A stretch of 64,000 nt of DNA from Octopus vulgaris (GCA_951406725.2 OX597821.1:67766001-67830000); one strand, 5' to 3'; positions 28,679-42,767 are shown, numbered from the stretch's first letter. Numbers and translations are program-made. The notes: a model not told the origin generated them from the letters alone.

Positions 28679-29250
28679 GGCGGCGAGCTGGCAGAATAGT
28701 TAGTACGTCGGACAAAATGCTTAACGCTATGTCCTCCGTCTTTACGTTGTGAGATGTGGAGGCGCAATGGCCCAGTGGTTAGGGCAGCGGACTCGCGGTC
28801 GTAGGATCGCGGTTTCGATTCCCAGACCGGGCTTTGTGAGTGTTTATTGAGCGAAAACACCTAAAGCTTCACAAGGCTCCTGTAGGGAGTGGTGGTGAAC
28901 CCTGCTGTACTCTTTCACCACAACTTTCTCTCACTCTTTCTTCCTGTTTCTGTTGTACCTGTATTTCAAAGGGCCAGCCTTGTCACACTCTGTGTCACGC
29001 TGAATCTCCTCGAGAACTACGTTAAGGGTACACGTGTCTGTGGAATGCTCGGCCACTTGCACGTTAATTCCACGAGCAAGCTGAGAAGCTGAGACATTGT
29101 GAGATAAAATTCCGTCAGGGTTTGACTTTGCTTTTCATCCTATCAAGGTTGATAAAATAAGGACCAGTTGAAGAGTACTGGAGGTCAATATAACTGACCC
29201 CCCCCCTCTCCCGAAATTGCTAGTCTTGTGCGTGCCAAAATTCGAAACCT
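28679..29250 (+). mobile_element. Old SINE-A copy split at its B-box by a SINE-C insertion
   Basis: Head ggcggcgagctggcagaatagttag at 28679; resumes as aaattccgtcagggtttgactttgc after 29105. Confidence 0.85.
28756..29083 (+). mobile_element. SINE family C copy, 3' end lost
   Basis: Near-identical to the reverse complement of 9482-9868; flanking duplication ttgtgagat (28747-28755 / 29097-29105). Confidence 0.9.
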
Positions 29251-29777
29251 ATGTAGTCGGCTTTTCCCTTCCAGTATATTTCTGACTTTCTGCCTATCTT
29301 GAAACTCGTCATTATGATTACTCGTCTTCGGTGTTTTATCTTATTTCTTATTTCATCTCCCTTCTGTTTTTTTGTTTTTTTTTTTAATATTTTATTTATA
29401 CTCTTTCCCCTTTGAAGTTACACTCCTTCCCCCCAGCTTCCTTTCCTAGCCTTTCCACGTCCCATTTCCACTTCACTACTCCTTTACGCTTCTACTTCTT
29501 CGTTCTCACTCTTCCTCCACCATCTTCTACGTCGTCTTCTACTTTTTCCTGCTATTTATTTCCACTTTTTTTACTTCTTCCTTCCATTCCCGCTTCCTCT
29601 GTCCCTCCTTTTTTCCTTTCTTACCACTACTTTCTATGTTTTCTTTCAGATTTAATTATTCATCTCTCATCATCGTCATCACTATAACAGCATCGTTATC
29701 ATCATCATCATCATAATCATAATAGTCATCGTTTACTAACTCATCTTTTACTATTACTAATAGTACCAATATTAATA

Positions 29778-30009
<232 letters not shown>

Positions 30010-30669
30010 AAACAGCACAAAAATATCTTTTTGTGTGTATGTGTGTGTGTGTGTATGTCTCTAAAATCCCAATTCGTTATTTATTTTACGAATGTCTCCG
30101 TCACGCACCAGTGCTTCAACAATCCTTCGCTGAACCATATACAATGGAAAATCTTTTGTAAAATTTCAAAGATCTTCTTCCATTGCACCATTTATATTCT
30201 TTCCTTCAATGTATTTGAAGACAAAAACCAAAACAAAACAACAACAACAACAACAAAAAAACAAATCAAAATCTTCCTACTATCATATCTAACATTATGA
30301 TAATTCATATTTTTTTTTTTTTGTTTTCATTTCATATTATAAATAATAGGAATAATAATAATAACAACAATAATAATGATTTCTTTTGTTTACCGCCAAT
30401 ATCTTCCTTTGCCATTGTTTATTTAGTTGATGTTATTATGTGTAATTCTTGTATTCAGTGATTTTTCTTCTTGCTATAATGGCTTTTGTCGTCGTCGTTG
30501 TTGTTGTTGTTGTTGTTGTTGTTGCCGTTGTTTTTCGTCTTTGTCGTCAGATTCCATTCAATTTATGTTTCTGCGCTCAAACCCCGCCGAGGACGATTGA
30601 ATAAAACTGCTTCTTCTTTCTATTCGATAAACAAACTATCAAACTTTAATCGACTGTGCTCGACTTTTT

Positions 30670-30704
<35 letters not shown>

Positions 30705-30711
30705 TTTGTTC

Positions 30712-31140
30712 GGCGCAGGAGTGTTAAGTAGCTTGCTTAGCAACCACATATGGTTCCGGGTTCAGTCCAAACTGCGTGGCACCTTGGGCAAGTGTCTTCT
30801 AGAATAGCCGTGGGCCGACCAAAGCCTTGTGAGTGGATTTGGTAGACGGAAACTGAAAGAAGCCCATCGTATATATGTAAATATATATATATATATATGT
30901 ATGTGTGTGTATATGCTTGTGTGTCTAAGTTTGTCCCCCCCCCCACCAACATCGCTTGACAACTGATGCTGGTGTGTTTACGTCCCCGTAACTTACCGAT
31001 TCGGCAAAAGGGACCGATAGAATAAATACTAGGTTTACAAAGAATTAGTCCTGGGGTCGATTTGCTAGACTAATAGGCGGTGCTCCAGCATGGCCGCAGT
31101 CTAATCACTGAAACAAATAAAAGAGTAAGAGTAAAGTGAG
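30712..31140 (+). mobile_element. SINE family B copy
   Basis: ggcgcaggag..ggttcagtcc..gtggcaccttgggcaagtgtc..ggcggtgctccagcatggccgcag..aagagtaagag. Confidence 0.9.
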
Positions 31141-31144
31141 TAAC

Positions 31145-31600
31145 TCTCTCTAGAAAAATGCCTTGCGATATTTCTTTCGGCACCTTACGTTCAGAGTTCA
31201 AATTCCACCGGGCCCCACTTTGCCGTTCATCCTTCCAGGGTCGATAAAATAAGTACCAGCTGAACACTAGGGTCTATTCAATCGACTGGCCCCACTCCAC
31301 CAAAATTTCAGGTCTTGTACTTATAGCAGAAAGAATTATTATGATGTTTTATTGTCCCTATTTTTTTTTTTTTTTTGTTTTTTTAGGGCGCAAGATGGCC
31401 GAATCGCTAGCACGTCGGACAAAATGCGTAACCGCATTTCTTCCAGCACTTTACGTTCTGAGTTCAAATCTCGCTGCAATCGATTTCCCCATTCTTCCAT
31501 ACGGGCTCAATATAATAAATACTGGTTGAACAATCTGGTTAATGTTATCAACTAACCCCCACTTCTCAAAACTAGAGGCCTTGTGTTAAAATTCGGAAGA
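31145..31600 (+). mobile_element. Two old SINE-A copies (~31145-31340 and ~31386-31600)
   Basis: gagttcaaattccacc..ccttccagggtcgataaaataagtacc; second head gggcgcaagatggccgaatcgctag. Confidence 0.75.
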
Positions 31601-32389
31601 AAAAAAAGACATTTATAGAATGTGGAATCCTCACAGATCCAGCCACTTGGAATTACTGCGGATTCTGTTTTTTTATTCACCTATTTAATTCACATTCTGA
31701 TTTCCGTTTTGTTGTCTGCACTTTTTCATTGTCGTCCTCCTTCTCCTACCCCTCCTCTTCCACCTCCTCATTATCATCCCAATCCTCATCGAGATTAAGT
31801 ATAGTTTTCTTCATCATTTTCATCATCTTGTTCTTCTTCCTCCTCCTCTATCATCATAAGCCTTGCCTTCTTCTTCTTCTTCTTCTTCTTCTTCTTCTTC
31901 TTCTTCTTCTTCTTCTTCTTCTTCTTCTTCTTCTTCTTCTATGATCTTCTTCTTCATCTTCTTCTTTATCATCTCCTTTTTCGACTTTCCTTCTTTTCTA
32001 CGCTTCTTTCCAATGTCTGCTTTACATCCTTTTCCTCGTTCGTCTTTATCTTTTTGTTTTTGTATGTGTGTGTTTCTCTATTTCTTCTTCTTCTTCCCAT
32101 CTTTCAGATTATGTTGTTATGAAGCATATGTGCAGTAACATTGATAAAATGTGAGTGGCGTATGGAGTATGGAGTATGGGGGAAGTTTAGATGTTAATCA
32201 AATGTGATTAGGAAGAATATCATCTTGTCAATTAGTGGAGAAATGCCTCAAAACGGCTTGATTGGCATTGTCGGAAATTAAGCAACGATTCAAATATATC
32301 TCAATGAAATGATTTAGAACGGATAAACATTGATTTCAGATACGTGTTATGGAATTATCAAAAGAAAAATATGATAAATTAATAATAAA

Positions 32390-32520
32390 ATAATAATAAA
32401 ATGTCTTCAAATCTTCTGAAAGAATCCTAGACGCCAGTACTTAGCTTCGGGTTTGAAATTTACCAAATTAGATCTACGTATATATAAGATAATATATGAT
32501 ACAATACATATAATATAATA
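32390..32520 (+). repeat. ~130-bp direct repeat, copy 2
   Basis: Matches 27595-27725 with a few substitutions. Confidence 0.92.
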
Positions 32521-32525
32521 TAATG

Positions 32526-32576
<51 letters not shown>

Positions 32577-33751
32577 TATATATATATATGTATGTATGTA
32601 TATCTGTATATCTTCCATCGCCATTTAGTTTGGATAGCAACCCTGTCTCGCCAAAAATAAGAAATGCTGATGTATGTCTAGTACAATTTCGGAGATGTAA
32701 ATGATAGAAAGAACTGTTGTGATGTTATTCTGCAAGAATAGAAATTAATCACTGGTATCGATTTGTTCTAACTCAGCCAGCGTTCCAGTTGTGACCACTT
32801 CACCTTTTTTTTTCATATCACTGTATATCCAAGACTGCATTATTCAGTACTTCATTCATATTGTTTTCTTCCTACTTCGTCTTTAAAGTCGGTGGCGGTA
32901 TAATACAGGGAAGAAATTGTTGATATTTTTAGTAGATCAATAACTACATAGAGGACTCCGGCGGTATGAAGGGATGGATTACACAAGGGAGATGGTGGAC
33001 TTTTTGTAGATTTTAAACCTATATCATGGACCACCACAATGTTCTGCTAACCTACTGGACACATGACTGTATATCTGCTATTACATAAGTAATCACACCG
33101 AAAGGATTTCCCAAAGTTTATCAAATACAAGAGGAAAAAAACTGCAATCATTCGGTTGATAGAACTACGAGTTCACTAACAATCTGCTGCTGTTGTTGTT
33201 GTGTGTGTATACGTTCATGTGCTTACGTGCATGTATGTGTGCGTGCGTGCGTGTGGGGGGGATGTCCGCCCTGTGTATAAGATATGCATAAAATAGGTAT
33301 GGTATTCAGTACGTTATGGGGCACGCATGCGTATCATCGAAATTACATAACGTTTATAGAAAGATGATGCAATCTTGCACCACACCTCATCGCTGTGTAT
33401 ATAGACGTCTCTTGTAACGCAAATTGCCAATAACTTTGCGAGGCATACGATACAGCAGGAGGAAATAAATTCGAGAAGATTAAACCACAATGTAAAATTA
33501 TAAGAGCAGTAAGGAGAAGAGTGATCATACCGGTAGCATAGGGTCATTGAACACTTGGTTTCTTAACAAGTGGAACATAATCTATGGCTAGTTGTCAGGT
33601 TAAGGGCTGACGGTTGACAGGCAGAATTCCTTGAGCCTAGTTAACTGAGATATAAATCACACGTACACACGCACACTCACATAAATAAATAAATATGTAT
33701 ATCCATAGATACACATATACCCATACATACATATAGATACAATTATATATA

Positions 33752-34969
33752 TCAGGTCATTAAGTATGAATTGTCCGATTTTGAACTAAAAGTTTATTTT
33801 GATTTATCTCAACAAAAACCAATGCAGTTAATCAAATTATGCACCGAAATTATCAACACAATTATGCCATTTTATCGGTAGCTTATTTATGCCGGTAGAG
33901 AAGAATTCTGGGGAGCAAGAGAAGATGAAATTACGAAAGGCTGTTTCTGCATCTCCTTCAGAATAGACGTTTTTTCCTTGCAAAAGTTGTTTATTGCCTG
34001 GAAAACATGATAGTCAGTTGGTGCAAAGCCTGGTGAATATGGTGGTTGACAGAGTACTTCCAAGTTCAGTTCCTGTAACTTGAATAGCGAATTTTGTGTA
34101 ACATGAGGTCGAGTATTGTCTTGCAAATGAATTGGCCTGTCTCTATTGACCAAGTTCACGCACTATTTCATCCAGTTGGTTGATGTATACATCCGCTGCA
34201 ATTAACTAACCAAATTTCATGAAGATGTAGTAGATGACACCAGCGCAGGACCACCAAACAGACACTATTAGCTTTTTTGGTGAATATTATTTTTGGATTG
34301 TGTTTTGGCACTTCGTCTCTATCCAACTACCATGCATAACGCTTGCTATTGAAAAGAATCCATTTTTCATCACACATGACAATACGATGCAAAAATGTTT
34401 CACTTTTATGCCGTGACAGCAAAGAACTGCAAGTTCAAACACGGCGTGTCATTTGATGCTCGTTTTGTTCGTGTGGTATCCACTTGCCCAGCTTCTTTAC
34501 CTTGCCGATTTGTTTCAGATGGTCCAATGGAGTTGGAATTTAAACATCAAACCTTGCTGCTAACTCACGCGTCATTTGTGATGCATCCGCTTCCACTACC
34601 ATTTTCAGCTCGTCATTATCCACCTTGGTCTCAGGTCTACCACGGGACTGATTTTCAAGAGTAAAGTCACCAGACCGAAACTTCGTTGTACAGTGTCCTC
34701 ATTTGCCACATCTCATTGATATTGCAAGCTCTCTTAGATGCATTCGTTCCACGACGGACGTCATATTCATAGACAATACGAATGGGTTCACAAAAATCGA
34801 TTTACAAGAGAAAACTCATAATATAATCAGACACAGTGAATTTCATTTCGAAAAGTGATGTAACTCTTCAATGTTGTGAAACAAAGATTTTACAGGATAA
34901 AACATTAGAGTTAACGACCGTCAAACTTGGTGCATAAGAAAATCGGACATTTCATTCTTAACGACCTAA
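33752..34969 (-). mobile_element. Near full-length but inactivated mariner (D,D34D) transposon, 1218 bp
   Basis: TIRs tcaggtcattaagtatgaattgtccgattt / aaatcggacatttcattcttaacgacctaa with flanking TA; minus-strand motifs KWIPHE, VMCDEKWI, LQDNTRPH, PPYSPGFAPTDYHVF, broken by frameshifts. Confidence 0.95.
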
Positions 34970-35019
34970 TACATATACACATATAAATAAATAGTAATAA
35001 ATGTTTCCTTCTCGCACCA

Positions 35020-35223
35020 TGTCAGGATCACAAGGGCCAGTTTCCCGGTTTCATGGCGTATGTATTTCCTACCTGGACGTGACGCCGGTCTGTCGCACGA
35101 TTACTCATTTTTATCAGCTGAGTGGACTGGAGCGACGTGACATGAAGTGTTTTCCTCAAGAACAGAACGTGTCGCCCTGTCCAGGAATGGAAACCACCCT
35201 AAGCACTAAAACACGCGTCTCCA
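35020..35223 (-). mobile_element. SINE family D copy, degraded
   Basis: Minus strand: ggagacgcgtg..ttagtgcttaggg..ttcttgaggaaaacacttc..gctccagtccactcagctg. Confidence 0.6.
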
Positions 35224-35647
35224 CTACATACACACACACACACACACATATTTATATATATGTATGTCAGTGTGTAGTTCTATACATATCTATATGTATA
35301 AATGGGTATATGCATGTATATTTTATTTGTGTTTGTGCGAATATATATGTATGGGTATGTGTTTATACGGTTATAAGTTTGTATAAATATATATATATAA
35401 TGCACCCCTTATTCCTTCGAAATTAGGAATATGCAGCCTTCGAAACATATGTCGAGAATAAAGGAATTTTGTTAAATCGTTGTTCAACTCCATTCTTTCA
35501 TCTATTTGTATTAAAAAAAAAATTTCCACACGAAATCACGTGATCTCTGCCCTTGGCATGTAGTTTCAACCGTGTTTTTCTTACGTGAATTTGCTACCCA
35601 GGTATCGGTTAACCGAATTATCCATACTAAGATAATTCATTCAACTA

Positions 35648-35693
<46 letters not shown>

Positions 35694-36085
35694 AAATATC
35701 CCTTTCATTCTTTAATATTATTAAAAAATACCTATGTTATTATAATAACAACAGGCTATTTATCCATAAGTAAATATCAAAATAATATATTCAAGATACA
35801 TCATCTCAAGTCAAATAGCAAATAATATTATAAATTAGAATGGATTAATTATTTATAATAATCATTAATAAAAATCAAATATTGATAATTAAAAATTACG
35901 AAGTTTATATAAAAAAAGTAACATTCTAAAAAAATTGATTTTTACTAATGACTGTTATAAATAATTAATCCAGTCTAATTTATAATATTACTTGGTATTT
36001 GACTAGAGGTGATATAGAATTTAAAATAAATAATTTTGCTATTTACCTATGATGAATAGCGTATTGTTATTAAAATAACACACAC

Positions 36086-36147
<62 letters not shown>

Positions 36148-36261
36148 ATGATGATGATTAAAACGTGCATTGCTGCACTAATTATGAAATCATGTGATCT
36201 GCAGCTAAAATCTGTTTTTAAATGACTTGCATCGAGAGTTGTTTTTGGTACGATGTGTTTA

Positions 36262-36330
36262 TTTATTTTGGTAGTTTTGACTTTAAGAGTCCCTCCTAGC
36301 GTGTGGCATTTATGTATAGTAATGCCCTCT
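36262..36330 (+). repeat. Terminus of an unidentified repeat abutting TA; same sequence as the arms of the 60988 palindrome
   Basis: ttttggtagttttgactttaagagtccctcctagcgtgtggcatttatgtatagtaatgccct. Confidence 0.8.
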
Positions 36331-36884
36331 ATATAGTATATATATTTTTTTTTCTGTATATACAGAAATAAATTGAAGGTATAATGGACAAACATTCTAA
36401 TCGGCCAAAACAACTTTATATCATTCCCAAATTATCAAAAATCGAATATAAATACATGTCAAATTAATAGGACACGCAATGTTAAAACCCAACAGTATAA
36501 AATATACACATATACACGAATAAAATGTGATTAAACCTAAAAGGGTAATACGAGTGAAGCCGAATGGAGAAAAATATATAGAAAAAAATAATAAATAATA
36601 TAGGCGACTAAACATTTAAGGCAATGGAGCTAAAATAAAATAAATATAAATATATATAAACATACAAGAGTTTAAATATAACAAATAAAGTGTAAGGTGA
36701 CCAGAAAAGAGTCTAGAACAGAAAAGCGTTGCCGCTGGATTTCCTTAATGGCTTGTATATTAACGATTGTATATTAACGATCGTTTGAAACGATCGTAGA
36801 GATGGGCGTGAAGGGACTCTGTTCTGGTTTCCTTACAATTTATTTTTTATATTTATACTCTTGTATTTTTATATTTTATTTTAA

Positions 36885-37132
36885 TTTTTTCAGTCGTTTG
36901 AGTGCGGCCATGCTGGAGCACCACCTTTAGTCGAGCAAATCGACCCCGGTATTTATTCTTTGTAAGCCTCGTACTTATTCTATCGGTCTCTCTTGCCGAA
37001 CCGCTAAGTTACGGGGACGTAAACACACCACCATCGGTTGTCAAGCGAAGTTGGGGGACAAACACAGACATACAAACATATACATACATACATACATACA
37101 TACATACATACATACATACATACATACATACA

Positions 37133-37182
<50 letters not shown>

Positions 37183-37362
37183 AGCATGTATGTATGTATG
37201 TATAAGCAAAGTAATTTAATAAGTAACCAACCACATATGTTCTGCGTTCAGTCCCACTACGTGGCACCTTGGGTAAGCGTCTTTTATCGTAGCCTCGGGC
37301 TGACCAAAGTCTTGTGCGTGAATTTGGTAGAAGGGAACTGAAAGAAGCCCTTTTTGTGTGTG

Positions 37363-37415
<53 letters not shown>

Positions 37416-37575
37416 GTATTTGTGTGTCTGTGTTTGTACCAGGCTTGTATGTATTTGTGTGTCTGTGTTTGTACCAGGCTTACAAAAAAGAACTCCTGGG
37501 ATCAATTTGTTCGACTAAAGGCAGTGCTCCATCATGGCCCCAGTCAAATGACTGAAACAAATTGAAAGAGTAGAG
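36885..37575. mobile_element. Two SINE-B pieces in opposite orientation (minus 3' half ~36885-37190; plus copy ~37215-37575 with internal deletion/duplication)
   Basis: Family B tail motifs on both strands around a (TACA)n(TA)n tract. Confidence 0.8.
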
Positions 37576-38779
37576 GGAAAAACAATAAAAGTAAAACCAC
37601 AATTATAAGGACCTCAGAAACAAGAGAAACATCAACAACGAGGACGACGGCAAACAGAATGTAGTTTCAATAACAATAAAAAAAGATATGACTGCCTTCG
37701 ACCTGTTGGTGATTGAAGCAATCCATTTTAGAAGGGTTAACGAGTCAAAAAGGCTTTGAAAGATTCATTGATTTCCATTAGTTATACAAGGATCTTATTT
37801 CATCATATAATGCGCAATAAGGCCGAGGTTCGTCAATTTTAAGATGATTGTGTCACTGTTTTATTAGCTTACAACGGTAACCCAAAACAAGAAATGGGTA
37901 TCTTGATGTTTTGAACCATACTTTTTTTTAAATATATATGTTTTAAGTTGGAAACACAAAACAGTGCCTGCAAGAAGGTGCGGCTGGCCAGACCATTTAG
38001 CTGATTTTTCTCTCACCTACCGGTTCTATCGTCTGCTGCTTTTCTGTTTAATGGTGAATATAAGGAACAAAAATAGAAATAAATATCGTTATTGTCTGAT
38101 TGATTTTGACAAGCAATAGCACGGTGAAACAGAGGTGAGTGAAGCAGAAAGAAAGGTGAAATTAATCGTTGCGATCGTGATATTTTCTAGCTAGATACTG
38201 AATTTCTCTCTGATTTTGTTCATCTTGTCTTACTTTCACCTTAAAACAAGCTTTGTCTTAAGCTAATAATAGTGATTTACTTTTGATAATTATTTACGAC
38301 GTCAAGTAAGTCTTCACACGCCACTCTTGAAGATACATGCAGGTCGATTATATGTAGGATTGTATAATGGGGATTGAAGAAACCACGTGAACCAAATACA
38401 TTTCGGCAATATCCAGAATCGAAGCGTAATTCCAAGAACCAATCTCCACCTACTTCCGCCTATCCTCGAATGTTGTCTGCTATTAATGAAAATCTTTCGA
38501 AATCGAACAATTGTTGATGGGTTTTCAAAGAGACTTTAATCTCTTGATTATTTTTTCAATCTTTCTCAGCCTGCTTCGCCTGCTTAGTTTGCTATCTGCT
38601 GGAGTCCAGACAGCCAAGCACATGACATTGTCTTGTTGGGATAACATGCAGACCTACTGATGAGATTTGGTTAAGTACTTTATATCAGCTGAGCTAAGGA
38701 TGGTGTCGTTGATAGAGGAGAGAAATTGGGGTTACAGATGTAGAAGTGATGCTGTTGTTCACAGCGGCCGTGTTCTTGA

Positions 38780-39485
38780 AAACGACGACGAGCACCACGA
38801 CGATGATGATGATGTAGAGGAAAAGGATGATGATGATGATGATAATGATGACGATGACGACAACGATGATGATGACGAGGTGGTGGAAAAGGAGGATGAT
38901 GATGATGACGATGACGATGACGACGATGACAACGATAATGATAATTACCCAGCCTGTGTTACTGCTGATATTGCTGCTACTACTGCTACTGCTGCTGCTG
39001 CTGATGATGATGATGGTGATGACGATGACAACAACGATGATGATCACGACGACGACGACGACGACGATCATGATGATGATGATGATGATGATGCAGAGGA
39101 AGCAAAGAGGAGGGAGGATAATGATGATGATGATGGTGATGAGGAAGAGGAGAAAGATGACGACTATGACAACGATGACGACGAGGACGACGAGGATGAT
39201 GTGAATGAGGTAGAGGAGGAGGAGGAAGACAGAAAGGAGGAAGAGAAGGAGTAAGGCAAGAAGAAGAAGAAGAAGAAGAAGAAGAAGAAGAAGACCAAGA
39301 AGGAGAAGGAGAGAGGAGGAGGAGGGGGAGGAGGGGAGGAGGAGAAGAAGAAGAAGGAGGAGGAGAAGAAGGAAGAAGAAGAAGAAGAAGAAGAAGAAGA
39401 AGAAGAAGAAGAAGAAGAAGAAGAAGAAGAAGAAGAAGAAGAAGAAGAAGAAGAAGAAGAAGAAGAAGAAGAAGAAGAAGAAAAC
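38780..39485. repeat. Compound (GAT)/(GAC)/(GAG)/(GAA) field ending in a long pure (GAA)n
   Basis: Direct reading. Confidence 0.96.
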
Positions 39486-40320
39486 GGCAGTGACAACGGT
39501 AACGATGACTAACATTGAGACAGGTAGCTGTGGTGGTCAGGTGTTAACGATTGTTCTGTTGATACTGTGTGTGCATGATATTGGGAGGAGAAAGAAAACG
39601 ATGGTAATGATGGCGATTTCCGTAATGCTCACATTAATTATGTGTTGATGCTGAGAACGACAATATGTTGCTGTAGTTTGTCGTGGTGGTCGTGGAAAAT
39701 GGAAAACAGCAGCTAGTGGCGGCTACTGTTGAAGATAATAACTATGATGTCGTGGTAACAAGTACTTATGAAGATGGTAAGTATTATGTGTGTTACTGTT
39801 CGTGATGATGGCGGTGACAGGATTACTACCCCTGCTTGTGGCAACGATATTTGTTGGTGTTTAAGCTCTTGTTCAGCTTCATTGTATCAAAGGTATCCAA
39901 AATACGATTACCCTACCAGATGTTTCACACAAAATATGACTTTCACTATATTTTCCAATGTGTCCTGTTTTCACTTTTAAAGCAATAGTGTATGGATGGA
40001 CGGATATTAGGTTTCTAAAGCTGGTAGGATCGTTGAAGAGTCGGGAAAATGCAATGCATTAGTTGTTCTGGGGTTTTTTTTACCTTCTGACGTCAAATAT
40101 TAACACTACCGATGGTAATACAGTTCTGTATTTAAGAGATGAGGAATTATGTACATTATTTACATTATTTACAATTGACGGATATTTGTCCTCATCTTGT
40201 TTGTAGTTTCAGCTAATATACGCACCAGCCTTCATCGGGTGTCTAGGGAAAATTTCCGACGTGGGTTCTCATTCCCAAGATATTTTTCAATGTTGTAATT
40301 ATTATTATCATGATTATTCA

Positions 40321-40388
40321 GGTCACTGCCTGGAATCGAACTCGGAATCTTGGGGTTAGTAGCCCGCGTTCTTAACCACGACGCCTAC
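40321..40388 (-). other. tRNA-derived head (Pol III A/B boxes), not a functional tRNA gene
   Basis: ggcgtcgtggttaagaacgcgggctactaaccccaagattccgagttcgattccaggcagtgacc: A-box-like, ctACTaa loop, B-box gagttcgattcc. Confidence 0.75.
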
Positions 40389-40428
40389 GGGTATATGGCA
40401 GACGTTCAGGTGATTATCCAGGTAATGA

Positions 40429-40523
<95 letters not shown>

Positions 40524-40525
<2 letters not shown>

Positions 40526-41055
40526 TCCAGTACATACAGACCGAACCATCAAGGCCAATAAACCAGATATTGTTGTGAAAGACCAAAACAATAAAGTTTG
40601 CTTATTGATCGACATGAGCATCCCCTGTGATCATAATATCTCAGCGAAAGAGTTTGACAAGCTCAGAAAATATAAAGACCTACTCATTGAAATTGAGAAA
40701 ATGTGGCATCTCAAGGCGGTTACAATACCAGTGATCATAGGAGCACTAGGAATGATCAAGAAGGGAACCGAAAATTATATGAGAATGATCCCTGGCTTAC
40801 CATCCCTGCAAGAAGTGCAAAAGATTGTCTTAACTGGTACATCACACGTATTGAGAAGAGCATTGTCGATGTGAGAACTGTTGCTGCTCATGCATTTTAA
40901 TTTAACTTTAAAAAAAAAATTTTTTTTAAATGAACGAACTACTGAGTTTGGTTTAATGGCCTACCAATATACACTATGAGTTTCTTTGCCCTAGGAGTCG
41001 GGAAGACACTCGGCAAGAAATGGAAGAAAATTTGAAAGAAGAAGAAAAAAAGTAA
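40524..41055 (+). mobile_element. R4/Dong-type LINE 3' fragment (family d) in (TAA)n
   Basis: PVHTDRTIKANKPDIVVKD..LIDMSIP..DKLRKYKDL..PVIIGALG..LRRALSM*; (TAA)n on both sides. Confidence 0.93.
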
Positions 41056-41154
41056 TAATAATGATAATAATAATAATAATAATAATAATAAAACAACAAC
41101 AACAACATCGAAAAATACCTTAGGAATGAGAACCCAGGTTGGAAATTTCCCCAA

Positions 41155-41200
41155 GGTACCTGATGAAGGCTGGAAGGTATATCAGCCGAAACGTTGTGTT
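41155..41200 (+). ncRNA. Minimal type I hammerhead ribozyme motif
   Basis: ggtac-CTGATGA-A-GGCTG(gaaggtatat)CAGCC-GAAAC-GTT-gtgtt: complete core, 5-bp stem II, palindromic AACGTT stem III, stem I with wobble pairs. Confidence 0.75.
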
Positions 41201-42435
41201 AACAGCAAACAAGATGAGGACAAATATCCGTCAATTGTAAATAATGTAAATAATGTACCATGGTTAAGTTTATCTGTCATTCTTTTGAGATCGATAAAAA
41301 TAAAAGTACCAGTGAAGTACTGAGGTCGATGGCATAGACTGACACTCTTCCCTCAAAATTGTTGGCTTTGTACCGAAATCAGAAACCAATTTTAGAACTC
41401 TGACTGCCCACATATATTTTATCTCTAGGCCTCATTGGTAATAGATTTGTAGAGAGATATATTTATGATCCATATGCAAAACACTTCATGTACTTAGAAA
41501 GAAAATTGGAGAATGTGTGATGCTCATTCTTTTAACGGTACTGAATCTGAATATTGAAATAAAGTATCCCATCATGGTCAGCTTTGCTTTTAATCCACCC
41601 GAGATCGATGAAATGAAGTTCTAAAGTGGTTGGTATCGACACACACAGCTACACAGAATTGCAGGCCTTGCGCCCAAATAAGAAGTAACTTTTACGTCGG
41701 GAAAATACCTTGCGTTATTTCTTCCGGCTCTTTAACATCTGGTTTCAAATCCTTCCGAGGTCAACTTTGTTATACACTAACCCGGAGTAAACAAAATTAA
41801 GTAGAACTCGAGTAGAGGTTTCATGTTCTTGAATACCCCTTCCCCCACCTCTCACAATTTCTGATCATGCACCTAAATCAGAAACCATATTAAATGAAAG
41901 TATTACTATAAAGATTTCAAGCAGAAATTTGGGCTTCGTTATCCAATATCTCACTATTGCTAGGGCACTTACCAAAAGACAATCCCCTTGCTTAAATCAA
42001 ATTATTCATTTTCAAACTCCAAACTGAAATTATATGCAGTTAAGGCTTGCCAAACAATAGCCGCGTCGAAGACATAAAATCTTACCTACTTGTAATCAAA
42101 CCGTGTACGTTGACTCAGCGAAAGTCTACATCAGCCTGTTATAAAAAATATATCACGTTTAATCCCTATCGCTTCGAGAGCTGATTTCTTATTATTTATA
42201 GGATAAGTTGGGGGAATGGTTCGCCTCAGCCCTACAGTGCTCATCATGAAATAAATTCATTGATCGGATCTTCTGAATTTCATGACGTTCTACATTACAC
42301 TTCTGCCTATTGAATTATTATGTGGTTTGATACCCGAGTCCGTTAGGGGAGTTTGTCTGTGATAGCCACAAGATTCTGAATTCATATCTTATATTGCAAA
42401 TTCACACACACAGAAGCTGTGTTTAAGTATATATG

Positions 42436-42499
<64 letters not shown>

Positions 42500-42516
42500 C
42501 TATGTATTAATCTAAA

Positions 42517-42560
<44 letters not shown>

Positions 42561-42711
42561 TGCAAAGATAATCTAGAACTCGACTGAGGGTAGAAAACTC
42601 TAAATGATCCGTTTTTGCTTTCCTTGTATCGTCTTTCTGGATGTTTTGTTTTCTCTTTCTGGTTTCACCTAACAGTCTGGATGCATGTTTTGCATTCTTG
42701 TCCCATTTTTG

Positions 42712-42764
<53 letters not shown>

Positions 42765-42767
<3 letters not shown>

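Larger units (their letters stand above)
40121..41258. mobile_element. Head-to-head inverted pair of a tRNA-headed, hammerhead-containing element (Penelope-like architecture); right arm interrupted by an R4 LINE
   Basis: Left arm 40121-40385 (minus) and right arm 40418-41258 (plus) are reverse complements once the R4 insert is removed. Confidence 0.85.

Noticed and set aside
32850-33560. I-clade LINE RNase H / C-terminal remnant (NKFEKIKP)
   Set aside because: Too degraded to support by eye; needs a translated search
38667-39515. 195-aa acidic ORF resembling an Asp-rich biomineralisation protein
   Set aside because: Lies in a compound microsatellite field like many others in the window; no signal peptide or unique domain
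40321-40388. Functional tRNA gene (and the other SINE heads)
   Set aside because: Acceptor stem incomplete and embedded in repeat elements; these are tRNA-derived heads
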